64,000 nt of DNA from Ophelia neglecta (taxonomy: Eukaryota): the NCBI GenBank assembly GCA_965285935.1, contig OZ260663.1, positions 76,632,001 through 76,696,000 on the forward strand. Reading direction: 5' to 3'. Positions within the stretch are counted from its first letter, which is position 1, and each line of letters begins with the position of its first letter. Of the stretch, positions 25,101 through 39,899 are shown piece after piece. The position numbers were made by a program, and so were the translations under genes. Below the pieces are notes generated by a model. The model was not told where the DNA came from and did not search any database. It saw only the letters and a list, made by a program, of their open reading frames with translations.

Positions 25101-28100
25101 GCAAATAAACTATTTTTTTTTTTAACACGCTTACATACAACTATCTGGAAGAATGGTCACAGTGAGTACGTCTATAGTAAGTTCTCACAGGCTTTACATA
25201 TCTATCTGACATACTCTCTCAGTTGTACTTGGGCAGTATCAACAACTGCAAGATCGGAGACTAACGTCTGGTATTTCTGTCGCATGGGAGGTTTATAACG
25301 GGATAGACACAAGAAGCGCTCTCCGATATCCAATTATGTGCTAAATTCCACGGTATTTCCCATGGAAACTTTTTTGCTGTTGACGGAGTAAACGATAATT
25401 CGTCCCAAATTATCATTAGCAAGCAAAGTCTGAACCCGTTAAACACATCCTTTAACATGTGTCTAAACTGTCAGTGTTTGAAGCAAATCGTTGTTTTTTA
25501 CGAAATTGTAAAATGTTCAATGTAATTCTACTTAGTAACTTAGATTGGGAAACAAGCTTTTGATCTAATGAAATACCATTCAAAGGAAGTACCCTTTATC
25601 CACGAATAAAACGAGATAGCAGGCGCCGTCAAGCCTTCCGCTGAGGGATAGCCACACTCTTATCTCACGGCTTGGGTAGGATGAATGCCAACAAACCCTG
25701 ACATTGTATAGTCGAACGCGAGGGACACCTGTCAATTGTTTATTTTTGGCAAACCCATTTTTATATAAAAGGAGAATCCGCATCATATAAAAGAAGAATC
25801 CGCATCATTCACCTTAAGTTGTTACGAGGCGTACCAGTAAAAGGACTTATTATTAGCAGACGTCAGTATTTAGCCTACATGCGTACGTACCCTATACAAA
25901 TGCAACACGTGATTTGATTGTTCACTTATTATTTCTGGCAGTGTTCCTTCGTAAACAATCCCATTTACAACCCATGAAATGCTGCTACGTACCTTCTATA
26001 TAATAGAACCGCACAACTCATATGTTAAACAGTGAGAGAAGCGTGGGGTTGAAGCTGAGGTCATTTGACCTTCACACGACATGAAGGGACTGCGGGGGGA
26101 GAGTGTTTTCTCTTAATGCAGAGCCCTTCCATTTAGTAAAATGGGAACAAATACAGACGCAGCAGCAAGATTCAGTGTAATATACGCTATATATTAGTTA
26201 ATTTGCTCTTCTACCATTTATCGTTCTCTTGTACACTTAGTTTTGATTTCCTATTATGAGTAAAAGCTACAACGCATACAATTCTGATAACGACGCGTGG
26301 ATAATAAGCTTAACATTGCCGAAATCATCTTTTAAAAGGAATACAGCTCGTAGAGTTAAATTGGTAAAATTACCAAAATTTCACAGAATCTTTGGAATTT
26401 TGGTGTTTGAAGTATGTCACTCAAACAGTTTTAGTGTTCGCATTTCACTCAGTACGAGGAATTGTGGCAGATAGAATGGGTTCAGTTTACAGAGCGAGGG
26501 TATATCATTGGTGACGCCTTCCACACGGGCTTTGATGACACCTCACAAACCTCCAGTGGGAGGCAACCTTCCCATGCCGACATCGGAGTCGTCTCAAACA
26601 TCGTTTGGAGAAAAAATGCGGGTACATGCCTCCTAATAATTATATCCTAGCCTTAATCCAGCACTATGCCCATAAGTGTAAGCAGAGTTGTTGTCAACGT
26701 GTGAAGTCGTAGGTAAACTAAATAAATCTTTTAAGGTCCAAAAACAGGTCGATTCTTCCTGAGTCCATTGAGACCTGTTGTGACGAAAAGGTGTTTGTGA
26801 AGAACCAGAATAAATTTTACGCCCATTGAAGACTATTTTCCTACAATAACTGTCAGCAAGCATTGATCTATTATGGTTGGCAGTCTTTTCGTTTTCCACA
26901 GAGGATATTAGCAAGGCTGTTGTATATGTGACATGAATCCGTATTGATATATTGGCGTTTATAGTTAAGACACGTCTGAGTTTATAAGGATAGATGCTGT
27001 CCATTGCAGACTTATCCTGTCATATTTGCAACCGTTTCCATTAGAAAAGGTCGATAATCGAGGCAAATGGGGAAAATCTAGTCTCGTCTGACTCACCGTA
27101 ATCAATGCTGGGAACGGCACTTCTTCAACCTCTTCATTGAGCAGCTATCCAAAGGCAGGAGCATTCCATCTTTTTTACTCCAAATAATATCTATGTTGAA
27201 GCCCAACTAGCGAGAACAAATAGAATTTAGTGTTCTTTCAAAGAGCAAATTCCTACACATCGCTCAATTCCGAGACATCACCAAATTCAGCGACTTACTT
27301 TTTCTGTTGACACTTTTATTGTTATATCGAAATTTGATTTCCTTTTGAGCTGAATAATAGTGGGAACGAGACATTTTATTGACATAACAAGGGCATTATT
27401 TGTTTGACGAACCCGAACAGGGCTTCCGATAATTTCAGGACGGCTTAGGTATTCAACTGATGGATTCAAAGACGCACTGACCTGGGCGGCTTAATAGACT
27501 TGTCTGAGTCCGGGGTATGAGTGGAGAAAGGCCATTCTATATTGTTTTAGGACAGCTGCTGTTCCCAGCATAACGTTCAATGTGGTGATGATGATCGCCA
27601 TATGACATTTAATAGCATGGGCCTAGAGCATTTATATGGAAAACTCTGTTTTCCCTATTTGACTCGAGATATTTGTATTTGCATTTATATATTTAAATAC
27701 TCATTTGCTCTATAAAGCGTTTTTAAAAAAAACTTCATTTCAGAGAATTTAAATTAATATTGATGTCCTGCTGTTCCGATCAGACTAAGTTGGGACTTTT
27801 TTTGCATCGAGCGAATGACTATACCGTACCAACTAACCATAAACTATTATCTGCTGCCCGATAATTTTAATTATAAACTACTCTACTTCTATGCCATATT
27901 ATCCTTTTTCTCTTTGTATTTACTTCTCTTGTTCTCCTTTTCTTTTTCATATTATTAAGTTGGCAATGACTTATCGATTTAGATATTGAGGGGTGATATA
28001 TTCCACTCGGAATCTGTCCCCATTGGCGCATCATGATCATCACATTACTTGCTTATTTTCGTCCGCTTTTTGCAATTTCAACATTCGTTCTTTTTTATAG

Positions 28101-29501
28101 AGAAGTTTACTATATATTGAGTTGTTTCCTCTTTATGTGTCATTGTTCTCTTCTGTCGTTAACTCAGTGGGCCATTTAAAAACTGACTTGAATTACATTG
28201 AATTACCAAAAAAAACAACGGGATCCATTTTTTCGAATTTTAATTACAAGAAAATTTAGCTGACACAAATTCCATTGTCAAAAACGTATAGAAATAAGTT
28301 TCTACCTATAGGTTTTAAACCTACTATAATATACTTTCGGTCCTTAATGCCCTTTTGGAATTCAATTTTACGTTCCAAAAAACGTTCTTAGGATAATTTC
28401 CATTTCACAAAATGTGACAATTCATTACGTATATTTCCTATAGATAGTCCTTTTCGTTCAGGTCTTTATGACAAAGGTGTGATTTTAATTTTCCAATAGT
28501 AAATTACCCATTCACTGATAACAATAATGTGACATCCCTGGCGTATTTCGATATTTGTGGCCTTTGTACGATAAACACCTAACATTTTCTTAATTCACAC
28601 ATATTTTTGCCAACAATTTATCTATGTACATCACGCGTCTTATTTAATCGTATAAAGGACTCCATTAAGCTCAATGAGATTCAATATACAATCGATGGTT
28701 TTCTTTTAGACTTTTCATGTTTCGGTTCTAGTGGCCGTTTATTGTCAACACTTAAGCAGTGAAAAACGGCTAGGGCGTTGTGCATCTGATTCATTCTGAT
28801 GTAAAAAACCATCTTCCAGGTGCACGTGTTCAGTCACTTGAGGAGGAAAATACGACTGAATACCCGGCAGATATAACCAAATGATTCATCAAGAATGTTA
28901 CACCAAAACAGTATGCATTAAACCTCAATAGAAACCGAAAACAAGTTATATACCAAATGAATTTTAAAAAAGAATTAAAGGAGGTAACATTTATTTCCGA
29001 TCAATAAGCAATTAAAGGCTAGCCTGAAGAAATGAGTCTCTAGCCTGGATCTAGAGTCTTCAACTGACTCGATAGATCTCAGGCTGCTTGGCAACTGGTT
29101 ACAGAGCTTAGGCTCTATGACTAGCAGTGACCAGTCTCGATCTAGGAACCTTGTTCATCCCAGCAGGGGAGCTATAACAGCCATCTGCATAGCAGTCGGT
29201 TCATCCCAAGACGATAATGAGAAGTTAATGTACCTGGACACCTTAGGACAGCAGATCCCAAGAAAAAACCCTGGTAAGACGCCGATAATCCAAGCTCGCA
29301 GTTTAGAACCCAATTTTACTATTAAATTTTGGACTTAAAAGAAGCCATTCATTTCTCCTCTTGGATGTATGTGGTCCGGTTTCGTTCGTCCACTTTGAGT
29401 CATGTAGCAAAGCATCGGTCAGTTAGCTGTCAGGCATTTCATTTCAACAAATTTATTGAGTTGATAGAAGTGATAGGGCTCGCAATATCTTTCGGTTCTC
29501 T

Positions 29502-29580
29502 TTCTGTGTGTCTGTGTGTCTGTGTGTCTGTGTGTCTGTCTCTGTCTATGTCTCTCTCTCTGTCTCTCTATCTGTCTATC
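29502..29580. repeat. Compound (TCTGTG)n/(TC)n/(TCTA)n microsatellite
   Basis: tctgtgtgtctgtgtgtctgtgtgtc...tctctctctc...tctatctgtctatc. Confidence 0.9.
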
Positions 29581-32500
29581 ACTCGATCTCGATGTAACTC
29601 TCGAAGCTTCACCTTTCAGTGGAAGACATAAATTAGAAATTAGTTTTGCTCTACAGGAAACCATTGTGTTTTTTTTTATATTCTTACTATAAGGCACGGT
29701 GCAAGGCCTTTAATTCTGGAATATGTAAGTTAGCTCTCAGGTGTTTCAATCATTGAATTTGGTGAGTTGATACCGGAAGTGAAAAAGCACGCACTATCTT
29801 TGGGCGCTCTATATCTGTTCAGATACTAACATCCTTATCTAAATATTTCGTCGGAGATAAAAAGAATTCAACCTGAGTCGCTGTGTTGATTATTATATTA
29901 AGTACTCTCTTGATAAGTGTTCTGTTCGAGGGAGGGGGAGGGGGTTCCTGTTTCCTGGAAAGCGATACCAATGGTAACCTTTCCAGAAATATTTTACCTT
30001 GGAGTGTTTGTATGATATATGATAGAAAAATGAGTTCAGAATTAGTAAGAAAATGCTTCTTCCGCAATTGAAAATATAGCCATTCTTCTTTCCCGGACTG
30101 TGGAAAGGGACATTCTAATAATGGTGTAGAGTTGGTGACAATATTATGTCAAAACGCAAATCTTCATGGACAAGTAATGTAAACGGATGTCTGCCTTAAT
30201 TGAGAAAAGAAAAAGAAATATACAGACACACATCATGTAAAGAGGTTTTGATGACATGTGATGACATAACCGGTATAGGCCAACTTGAATTTCCAACACT
30301 ATTTCATTGGCCATGCATGGGTTCTTTTTAACCATACTCTTTCGATTATTGATTTACTATTCAAGTACTTGATTGCGTTCACGTAAAAATTGACAGATAA
30401 ATGTTAAATAACTGTATGCTTTCTATCTTTTCTAAGATGCTTGAATGAACTTTAGGCTGATAACTGAGACACCTAGAGTTACAGTGAAGAACAATTGGGG
30501 ATGGTAATCAACATTACGCATATCCATTGTTATTTCTGTGGAAAGTGTGTGTGCGTCATGCCTATTCACAGACCTAATAGTATTGACGGAGAGATCACCA
30601 TGTGGTGAACTATGGAGACAATTAACTATCAGCATATATTATATAATTAATTCATGTAACATCATGTTATCCGAGTGTATTTTGTGGCACAATCGATGTC
30701 CTAGACTTATTATTTTACCATCAAAGTATCTCAGAGACCATAGCGCAATGCTGGAGCCACCCTTAAAAATGTTCGGTCGGCCTCTGCAACAACAGCTTAA
30801 TAGATGACTGCCACTATCCAAGCACCATTTTCATTGTTTAAGGGTACATACACACCCATTGTCTTTACACACAAGGTTCTCAGGGACCGGCAACGACATT
30901 TACAAATTGTGGGTTTTGTATCAATTTTATGGCAAAAAATAAAGCAATGAATATAGGATTGCTCTCAAACAGAGCAGCATTCATCCGAAAATACAATAAA
31001 AAAACAAGAAACCAATGGCAGAAGTTTATCACACAGAAATATAACAGGTGTGGTTTGGTGTCGACGAAGCCACTTTACATAAGGATATCACGACGCTATT
31101 GACGGCTTGAGCAAACCAGAGGTAATGAAACAGAAAAAAATAGTTGGTTGGCAGACGTCAGATATCTGACAACTTCAAGGGGCGGATGAAAGGAAAGAGA
31201 CAAGAGGGGTGGGTGGCTAGTGGGGGTTAATATCTGGGTGGTTTTGCCAGATTGAAAGAGATATCACACTACCCTTTGGACTGAGCCCCCTTTTGTAATG
31301 AAAGGGGATTTGTCATGTCGCTACGTAAAAAAAGGGTGACAACCCTAGTATCTCTCTCGTCAAATCCGGCCCTTATAGCCGGCAGGCGGTCTTGAGACGC
31401 ACAGTTATGACAGAAACATTTTAGATAATCTATACAAAATCCATTAATGAATAGTCCCCTGGTACACCAGTTGTTTCTCCTCCAAACGAAAAGATCTGTT
31501 GACCGATAGGAAATTGCACTTAACCTTGGAATATGTCGTCAACATTATTTATATCCGAATAAATTCAACCTCTTTGACCTTCTACAAACTATCTATTTAG
31601 TAATGTATTTGTCTTCTGGATTGTCAAATGGATACACATTATTGCCATACAAAGGTTTATTCATCACATTCGGTGACGACTGTGGTTACCAATCAATGCT
31701 TTTGGTTGGGCAGACAAGACTGACCAGGGTTATTTTAAGCCTGAGATTCCCATTAATGTATATTACACCCATGTGTACCAGTAATCGCATTCTCTTTCCT
31801 CGTTTATCATTGCTCGACATGACAGGTATGAAGTAGCGAGTGTGTCCGTGCATTTATGCAATAATCATCCAATAACATGCCTATGCCTAAAGATTGCAAT
31901 ATTGGAGACTAAGATTTGGTGGCTTTTATATAAAACGCATTAAAAAACGATAGTTATTTTTAATATGGTAAAATACCGAATAGATGTCACTAGATAGCCT
32001 GAGATGTTTCAGTGGCCTACTAGAGCATAATTTAATATATCGTTGGGAATATTGACCAAATAGGCAAACGTGCAAACACTTGTGCCTTGGTTCAACAAAA
32101 TTCAGAGAAGAAACGTGGCAGACAAAACCAGTTAGTTGAAAGTGAGTCAACTAAGAAGGATCTAACAGATTCGAGGAGGTCGTGCCAGTTTCATCGAATA
32201 AATTGACTATGCTTACTAGCAATTGTTGTCCGTGGAGACTCCATATAGTCTCCGTATAGTCCAATAGGAAAATTAGTTTCTAGCCCAAAATAACCTCGTG
32301 CTATATATGTTTAGTATATCTATGGTCCATGGGAAGACATTACATAATATAATACGTACTGGGTATCAATTTCTTTTTCAAAGGGGACAATATTACCGTT
32401 GAATAACCTCGCACGTTATTGTATGTGCTGTTAACCAAGAAAACGCTTAACGTTCACTTGACTGGGAAAAATAACTCTTTTTTTGGCAAATTCATTATTA

Positions 32501-35161
32501 CTTGTTGCTTTTTCTACTGACACAAGAACAAAATGCTTAATATGTAGATTTGATAATGCCGGAGAGGTGGATACCCGACGGACAAAGAAAATCTATAATC
32601 AGGAGATGTCCATCAAATCGGTCTGAAATCACCAGAAACCACAAGCTGCAGGCTCGTCAATCTAGAACACCCTCACAGAAAATAAGTGTTAATAATATTA
32701 CATCTTGCAATGAGAGGTAGTTAACAATTTTCCTTTATGCGAGGCAGAGCACAAGTAAACGAGTCAGTGAAGATATTTCATCCCGTGGGTATGGATGTCT
32801 ACTAGATAAATATTATCAGGAACCGTAGTGCGGGGGGATAATTCTTTTAATTACGGCAATGGAGATGAGTAGCCAAAAAGACGGTTAGGGAAACTGAGTC
32901 AAGGCGGAGGACATCACATTGTTTAAATTTCACTGAACAATTGTGGTAGCGCCTATTGTACTTTATATATGACCTTTCGAAAACAAACTGGTTTCCCACT
33001 GGTCTTTTGGTTTTAGTTTGTAGGGGCCAAAGCTAGTCATATTTTCAACGAGGAAAAGGCCAACTCCGATTGTATCATAGCACCATAAATCATCCCATAC
33101 GAATAAGGTTTTTGCTACTACGGCCGACAAAACCCATTTGTTGGTGGACCATAAACCAAAACGGCAACGAAATGCACCACCGTATTACAGCTGCAACACA
33201 TCACTCCACACAAATATCAACTTCCCGATCAAAAACTGAGAACATTTTAAAACAAAGCGAACTAGGGAAAAGCTAACTGTACATTATCATTGTCCCTGAG
33301 TGATTGTAGGCAATGGTCCACCCGTTATATATTTTTTCCGGAGAAATATAGGTACACCATCAAGGGTAGAAATGGATGGTAGTGATGATGAAAAGGGGAG
33401 TGGATTACCCGGGAGAAATAAATAATCACGGACAGCCCATTAAATGGGTACGAAATCATCAGGAAGCAGAAGCCACAGGCATATACACAACAATCCCCAC
33501 TCCTAAACAGTAAATAAACTTGTCATGCAAACAAAACCATATGAAAACATAAAATTGATATTACTTGCAATAAGAACTAATCAACAGTTTTCCATGACGG
33601 GAGTCACAGCACATAACTAACGAGTCAGTAGTCACTGTAGGACAGAGATGAAATATGCCTGAGGAGAGTGTGAGAGTGTGCTCTAATACTTTCTAGTACT
33701 ATATACTATTAAAGATGAAATTGTCTCAATAAACACAGGAATAAAGAGGGTTGTAAATTATCCTTGCATACAACAGAGCAAAGTGAATTTAATCTCCTCG
33801 ATGGTGCAATATAAATTGTTAAATTTGTTAAGTGAACAAGGCACGCTTTTATGTTGTTATGCATCAAAAACATACGATGTTATATTTGTGTGAAGCAGAC
33901 GCACATAAACCCTAGCTCTAGAATAAGCGGAATAGTTCACTGAAAACCATTGCAGGCTATTACTGCGCAGGTGAGATAAGTGTAAAGGCCACATCGCAGT
34001 TGCTCTATTTATGGTTTCGAATTACGCAATATATGTGTTCATGGCAATATGAATGTAAATACTGTTGATGGAAGCTTTTAGATGATTGTTTAGTAATCGT
34101 GCCAACCATAGGCTATTTTTCTTTTTTAATGTAACACATTGTCGCAAAATGAAATTTATCTGGCCCTCTATGTAACTCGTACTTGTAGGCGTTTACTTGT
34201 CTATGAGTGATGAATTTAATTTCCTCAATATTCTCTTTGGTAAACACTGTCAGTTAGGGCCGCTCGCTTTTAAGAGGTGTGTGAGGCTAGTTTTGTGAAT
34301 CAGCCGGTCTGTAATATATTAAACCGATCTGGCATCCGAACCTTGCTCCATGATTCAGTTGTTTAAATTTAAACGCTAATGCTAAAAAAAATTCTCGCGC
34401 CTTCTAGTGAGGGGTTTTCCTGATGCACAGTCAATCATAGACTCATTTGACGTTCTATAGTGTGTTTTTCAGCCTTGAGCGATAAGAAAATCAAAGACCA
34501 CAGAATGCCATTGTGGTCAGACTAAAGTAAACAACTACTATTGCTTCAGCACGAATGACAGCAATGGACAACCTAAAGGCTTACCGGAGCTAAGGAGAGG
34601 TGGGTTTACAATGGACAGGCATTATGTACTGGTTTTATTACATACACACGGGTGCGGCCATTCACCGGGGGTAAAACAATATTGATGAGTGGAATACAGA
34701 AAACTTGCAACGCAGAAACAGGGTACTTACTAAACTAAACGAGAGCAAAGACTTTTATCGGGGATTAAGAAAACTAAGTAAGTACGAAGAAAGATTGAAT
34801 AGGCTATGTCGAAACGGGACTATTTAGCCCAGGCGAAACCATAGAAGCAAAATAAGGTATCTGGCCACTGAGAGAGAAGATTTCAATCCAAGGAACAAAG
34901 GAAGTGGGAGAGCCTGGGAACTGGCAATCAAGGGCTACGGGGGTCAATGCATAAGCAAAGTATGGCGGTGTGAGAAAATGAACATCAATTACAAAAGAAG
35001 GACGATACAAATAGCAAATCAGAGAGGGGGGATTGGAGAAATATAATATAAAACTGGAAAAGTGTGTGAATAAGCATAACACTTGGTGAGAGAGGCCTGG
35101 CCAGGGGGTAAGACAAAATGTAAAACTGGGATATTTTGATAATAAGGAATCCCGACAGACA

Positions 35162-35356
35162 NNNNNNNNNNNNNNNNNNNNNNNNNNNNNNNNNNNNNNN
35201 NNNNNNNNNNNNNNNNNNNNNNNNNNNNNNNNNNNNNNNNNNNNNNNNNNNNNNNNNNNNNNNNNNNNNNNNNNNNNNNNNNNNNNNNNNNNNNNNNNNN
35301 NNNNNNNNNNNNNNNNNNNNNNNNNNNNNNNNNNNNNNNNNNNNNNNNNNNNNNNN
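35162..35356. other. Assembly gap (195 N) flanked by GACA/GA-rich simple sequence
   Basis: N run; gacagaca on the left, acagagagtcagacagagac on the right. Confidence 0.98.
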
Positions 35357-35615
35357 AACAGAGAGTCAGACAGAGACACGCACAAACAGACAGAGAAAAA
35401 GAGGAAAGAGAGACAAAACTGAAGCCTGTGAGAATGATAAGCCTAACTGAGAGGGGTGGATTTGGGTTATGTTGTTAATATTAGTTGTACGCTGTAAAAG
35501 GCTAACTGCAATGTGAGAGCAAGGTAACACAGGAGGCAAACAATAACATTTATCTACTGGCAGGGAAGCACTGTGATCCAAGAACAAACAAAGCTGATAC
35601 CATATGGACACTCAC

Positions 35616-35684
35616 CAAGCCACGCTAACAAGGCCATGTGCCGCCTTCGCCTTTGGAAAGAACATGCATGGGTCCAGAGAAATG
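35616..35684 (-). other. Candidate 69-nt cassette exon on the GRIN2 sense strand
   Basis: Acceptor ttctccttcttactctctcAG| (AG 35686-35685) and consensus donor TTG|GTGAGT (GT 35615-35614). No protein homology recognised. Confidence 0.25.
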
Positions 35685-37609
35685 CTGAGAGAGTAAGAAG
35701 GAGAACTGCATCCCTGGCGAGGGTAAATAAGGCACTGTGAGAGCAATGAAAACCACATGGTAAACAGTTAGGTTTACTATAGGTAAGAGAGGGAATAGGG
35801 GGGGGGGGGGGAACAGGTCAAAGATAAGTTAAGCAGTGTGAGAGCAGGGAAAAGCAGGAAACAGACAAAGGCATCTTTGCACTATGAGGTGGAAACTGTG
35901 ATCTGTAATAGTTAACTGGAGCGATGGAAGAGTATGAAAAACAATAGGGCGGAATTATACACTTACATTTTCCAAATAAAAAGGGCTGCACTTAGGAATT
36001 TGTCACTCTTTACAAAAGTGAGGGCAAGCGAAACAAAACAAGCCCGCCGAGACGCCTATAAAATTGAATGTGATTTGAAGCAAGGCGAACAAAGCAGGAC
36101 TTAGTCGAAGCTCTTCAAGTTGATAATGGAAAGTCTTAGTACACGGGCTGAGTAACACACTGGTCACGTGAGGCTTAGTTGGAAACAAGGGTAAATGAGT
36201 CGACAAGGGAGTTAAACAATAGCAACGACCAAATAGCTACTGACTCAATGGGCGTCCTAGATAGGATGGAGATATTTTATGCAATTTCTTGTCTTGAGGT
36301 TACACACTTGTTCACGGTCCGAAATAAGATGTATATGCTTTGACTGTTTGAGATAATCAAAAGAAATAGTCTTAACATTTATTCAAATGGTGTTTCACAA
36401 ATACAGCCATACAAATTCCGCAACCAGCTGTCTATATGTAAAGTTCCAGAAAAAAGTGTATACAAAGGAAGGACAGTAAAACGAGAAATTGGGATCAGAT
36501 TGAGGCTTTTGCCATGCAGAAGGAAGGACATAGTTTGTTCAGCTGTGTCCTGAGCCTCATCATTTTCTGTATTACTAATCAATTTATAATGTCCAATGTT
36601 GAACTTATATTTCCAAGAAGTTTTTTTTTCAAAACGTATTTCTTAAATATAGTAAAAAATGCTCCATTGTATTTGTTTGTTTTATCGTTGATGCTTCCTC
36701 GAATGGATTATTTTCCACTGACATTTACATGTAATTATACATATAATATATTATCATGTAATTAGTTTTAACAATAACTAAATTGATGCAACCCACAGCT
36801 CATTTATAGATGATTCCATTAGTGACTTTTTTCGATTGTTATTTATAAAATAGCTGCTCCCTCAGCTACTTTGCTAGCCTATTTTCAAAAAAAACTATCA
36901 ACGTCGTTTACTAAAAAATTACCATATTAATTCGCTCTTATCGAAATTACTATTTAGTAGAAGTGTGTATGATGGCATCTTTGCTTGGTTTCCTCCACAT
37001 CGCTGTCCTTAGCCGAGGTATCAGCACGAGTCAGTACTATTTACTTGATCAAAGCCTTCTGCCTGTAGTTTTAGCGTGTTTTCAATATCCGACACTCGGT
37101 GTAGTAGGAGGATAGCGTGCAATTTAATAATTAAGACTCACAGTGTGTGCTACTACACACAGTTGCTTATTAAAGAGTCGTAAATAATTTATAGGTCAAC
37201 TAAGCAGATCTAGCTAAAATAGATGGTCGAAAGTATTAGGACATATAGAATGGGCCTTTTCCACAAGTGGATTTTCATTTCATCGTGTAAAATAAAAGTA
37301 TTTTTCAGCTCGAGATATTGACATATAGCACGGTTTCTCCCATAATATTAACATCTGCCTTATTGGCAGCCATATAGGGCATATAAGAGCAAAATGGAGT
37401 GAGCAGGCTTAAAGGAACTAGGCCGTTATATACCTCTTAATCGGTCAAAGAAATCACAAAGAGTAGTTATTCTGAAGATAAACGAGATAGTTCCAATCCT
37501 GAACTGAACTGAAAAAAAAAGGAAAGAGAGACAAATGGTTTTCACGGATTCGTTTTGTTTCACTTACAAATTTTGATAAATGATAAATGAATCGTACAAG
37601 GAACAAGGA

Positions 37610-37776
37610 CAAGGAATTCTGGTTCTCGTTATGTACGAGAGTAAGGAGACTTATCATGCCTAAGAAGAGCAAAAAGGGCAAGGAACTCTGGTTCTCGTTG
37701 TGTACGAGAGTACGAAGACTTATCATGCCTATGAAGAGTACAGAAGGGCAAGGAACTCTGGTTATCGTTGGGTACG
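37610..37776. repeat. Minisatellite, ~69-70-bp unit x2.4
   Basis: caaggaa(t/c)tctggtt(c/a)tcgtt starts at 37610, 37679 and 37749; gtacgagagta...agacttatcatgccta occurs twice. Confidence 0.9.
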
Positions 37777-39899
37777 TGATGACGAGTAATTAATTTTAAT
37801 GGAGCAGTGGCGCCAGTACCGTAAAACACCATAAAGCAATTTACAGCATTCAGTGTTTCCGTAAAAAAAACTAAGGCAGACTTCTACGATGTAAGACTCA
37901 CAATATAACAGGTCGGATTCTTTTTAAACGCAACACCATCATTCTAACTATTATGTGAATTGAAACAGAATACATAAGTGTATAGTGGATTTTTTACTGT
38001 TAATATCAATTAGGAAAATGTTTCCGCCTCAAAATTTTAGTGTAATACATTGGGGTTGTTGGATAGAAAGCTACCATTAGCTCTACCGAGCTACTGCGAA
38101 GCTGATTACCGAATATAAAATCACAATGCAGGATATTTTTATTGGAGGTTCTATTCAGTTGAATCAAATATGCTTAGCCGCCTCGTGTGATAGCATGCTT
38201 CGTTATAGATCAGGCCACTGACTATGCAATGTAATTAGTGTCACAATCTACCGCTAATACGAAGATCAATACACATATAGTTCACCACATCCCACGTCCA
38301 TAAGTGTCCGGATATCATAAAAGGGATGAACGCCGTGTTCAATATCACACTCAATACTTGTTGTTTTCCGCGAATCATGTTTACTTTGCAATTGGCTGGG
38401 GCAATTTGCCTATAATGCAGACGGGCGGAATCTGAAAAGGATACCTGAAAATATCCAGGGCACTGAGTAAATTCAGGAAGCTTATAAATCGGTGCAACCA
38501 AATAGAAATTAGTATATAATATGGTGGTTGGTAAGTCTACCGCCTAAGAGCGGAGCTGATAACAAATCTCGTCAAGTCTCGAGCGATTAGAGCTAGTTTC
38601 TGCCGAATTCATAATGGTAATGAAGCGCGTGTAGCATTTCACTGAGTTATTACAAGCCACACGTATATTGTGTCGGCTGCTGATTCCCGGGGCTCCCCAA
38701 CTCCCGGCCGGCCGACTTTATTACCCCCAATAACCGTATAGTGAAATGAGGTGGTGTTTGAGGCCGACTCGACTTAAACTCTTTTGCCCATGCAAACCCA
38801 CCATGAACCCTGTAGTTTGGTCAGAATGTAATAGGCAATCCGTGATTGAATGGACTCCCTTATGACCCCATTGCTAAATGAATTCTTTCCTTTTCGGTGT
38901 AGAGTAATGAGATATGAATAAAAGGCCTGCGTATGTATAAAATGTGCCTAATGATTGTATGTAGAGTATGATAAAGCTACTCTAAATGGAATTTAGGCTT
39001 TACTGCTTTGGTCGTGACATCATTTGTTTCAAATTCCCCAATGATATCTCGTATTAGAGTAAACTTGCTGTTAAGATTTGGCCCGGCTCGATAACCAAAA
39101 CTGTATTCAACCTGAGGGATAGGCATGAATTGAAACACGACTCAAAACCCTAGATAATACACAAATTGAATCATTAAATTTTCTAGGGCGTCTGCGATTC
39201 GCCAATTATGTGCTATTCCAGCCTGGATCCACCAACATGCTGTCTATAAGTGATTATATCAGCAGTTCTTGGTAAAACCGTCAGACACAGTCGAGACTCA
39301 ACTTGTTTGGGTTTATACGAACTAGCGTTTAAAACAATAACTTTATCCGCAGCAAGCCTTCAACGCTTACGTGAAGTTGCATCCCAATGAAACAAGGAAC
39401 GAGACCTTTCCCTGACTTGATTGAAAAACCAATATGGCGTTTTATTTACAGAGCCAAACCCTGCATAAAGGAAGCCAATATTGGGAAAAAATTAAACCAT
39501 TTCCCGGGCCAGATTTGCGGCAGTGGAACCAGGCAATTCATTTTCCCGCGTCCTGGCCCGTCGATAAATCACAAACGGAGGTTAGAACAAGCGTGTATAT
39601 CCGGTGCACGATGAAACAAGACTATAGCGGAAATGAATTGTGAAGCCCAGATTCAGCATAAATGTGTCGAGCTACACATGTCTTGATCCCCCTGATCTCC
39701 CCATTATTAATCTAAAATGTTCCGAAAAATTATTGTTGCCGGTTTTGATTGCATCTGCAAGTTTGGTTTTCTTCATGATTTACTGGGAGTGGGTACAAAG
39801 GGGTAATGAAAAAAACACGGCAAGACGTTGCAAATTTCGCCGAAGTTTTTTCCATCAATCCAGTTCAGAATGTGAGGTTAATGTTGTCCTTAATGCATT

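Noticed and set aside
26490-26610. Possible inverted homology to 38740-38860
   Set aside because: Only short patchy matches; cannot be established by eye.
34804-35450. Long ORFs of 193 and 104 aa
   Set aside because: Artefacts of reading through the N gap.
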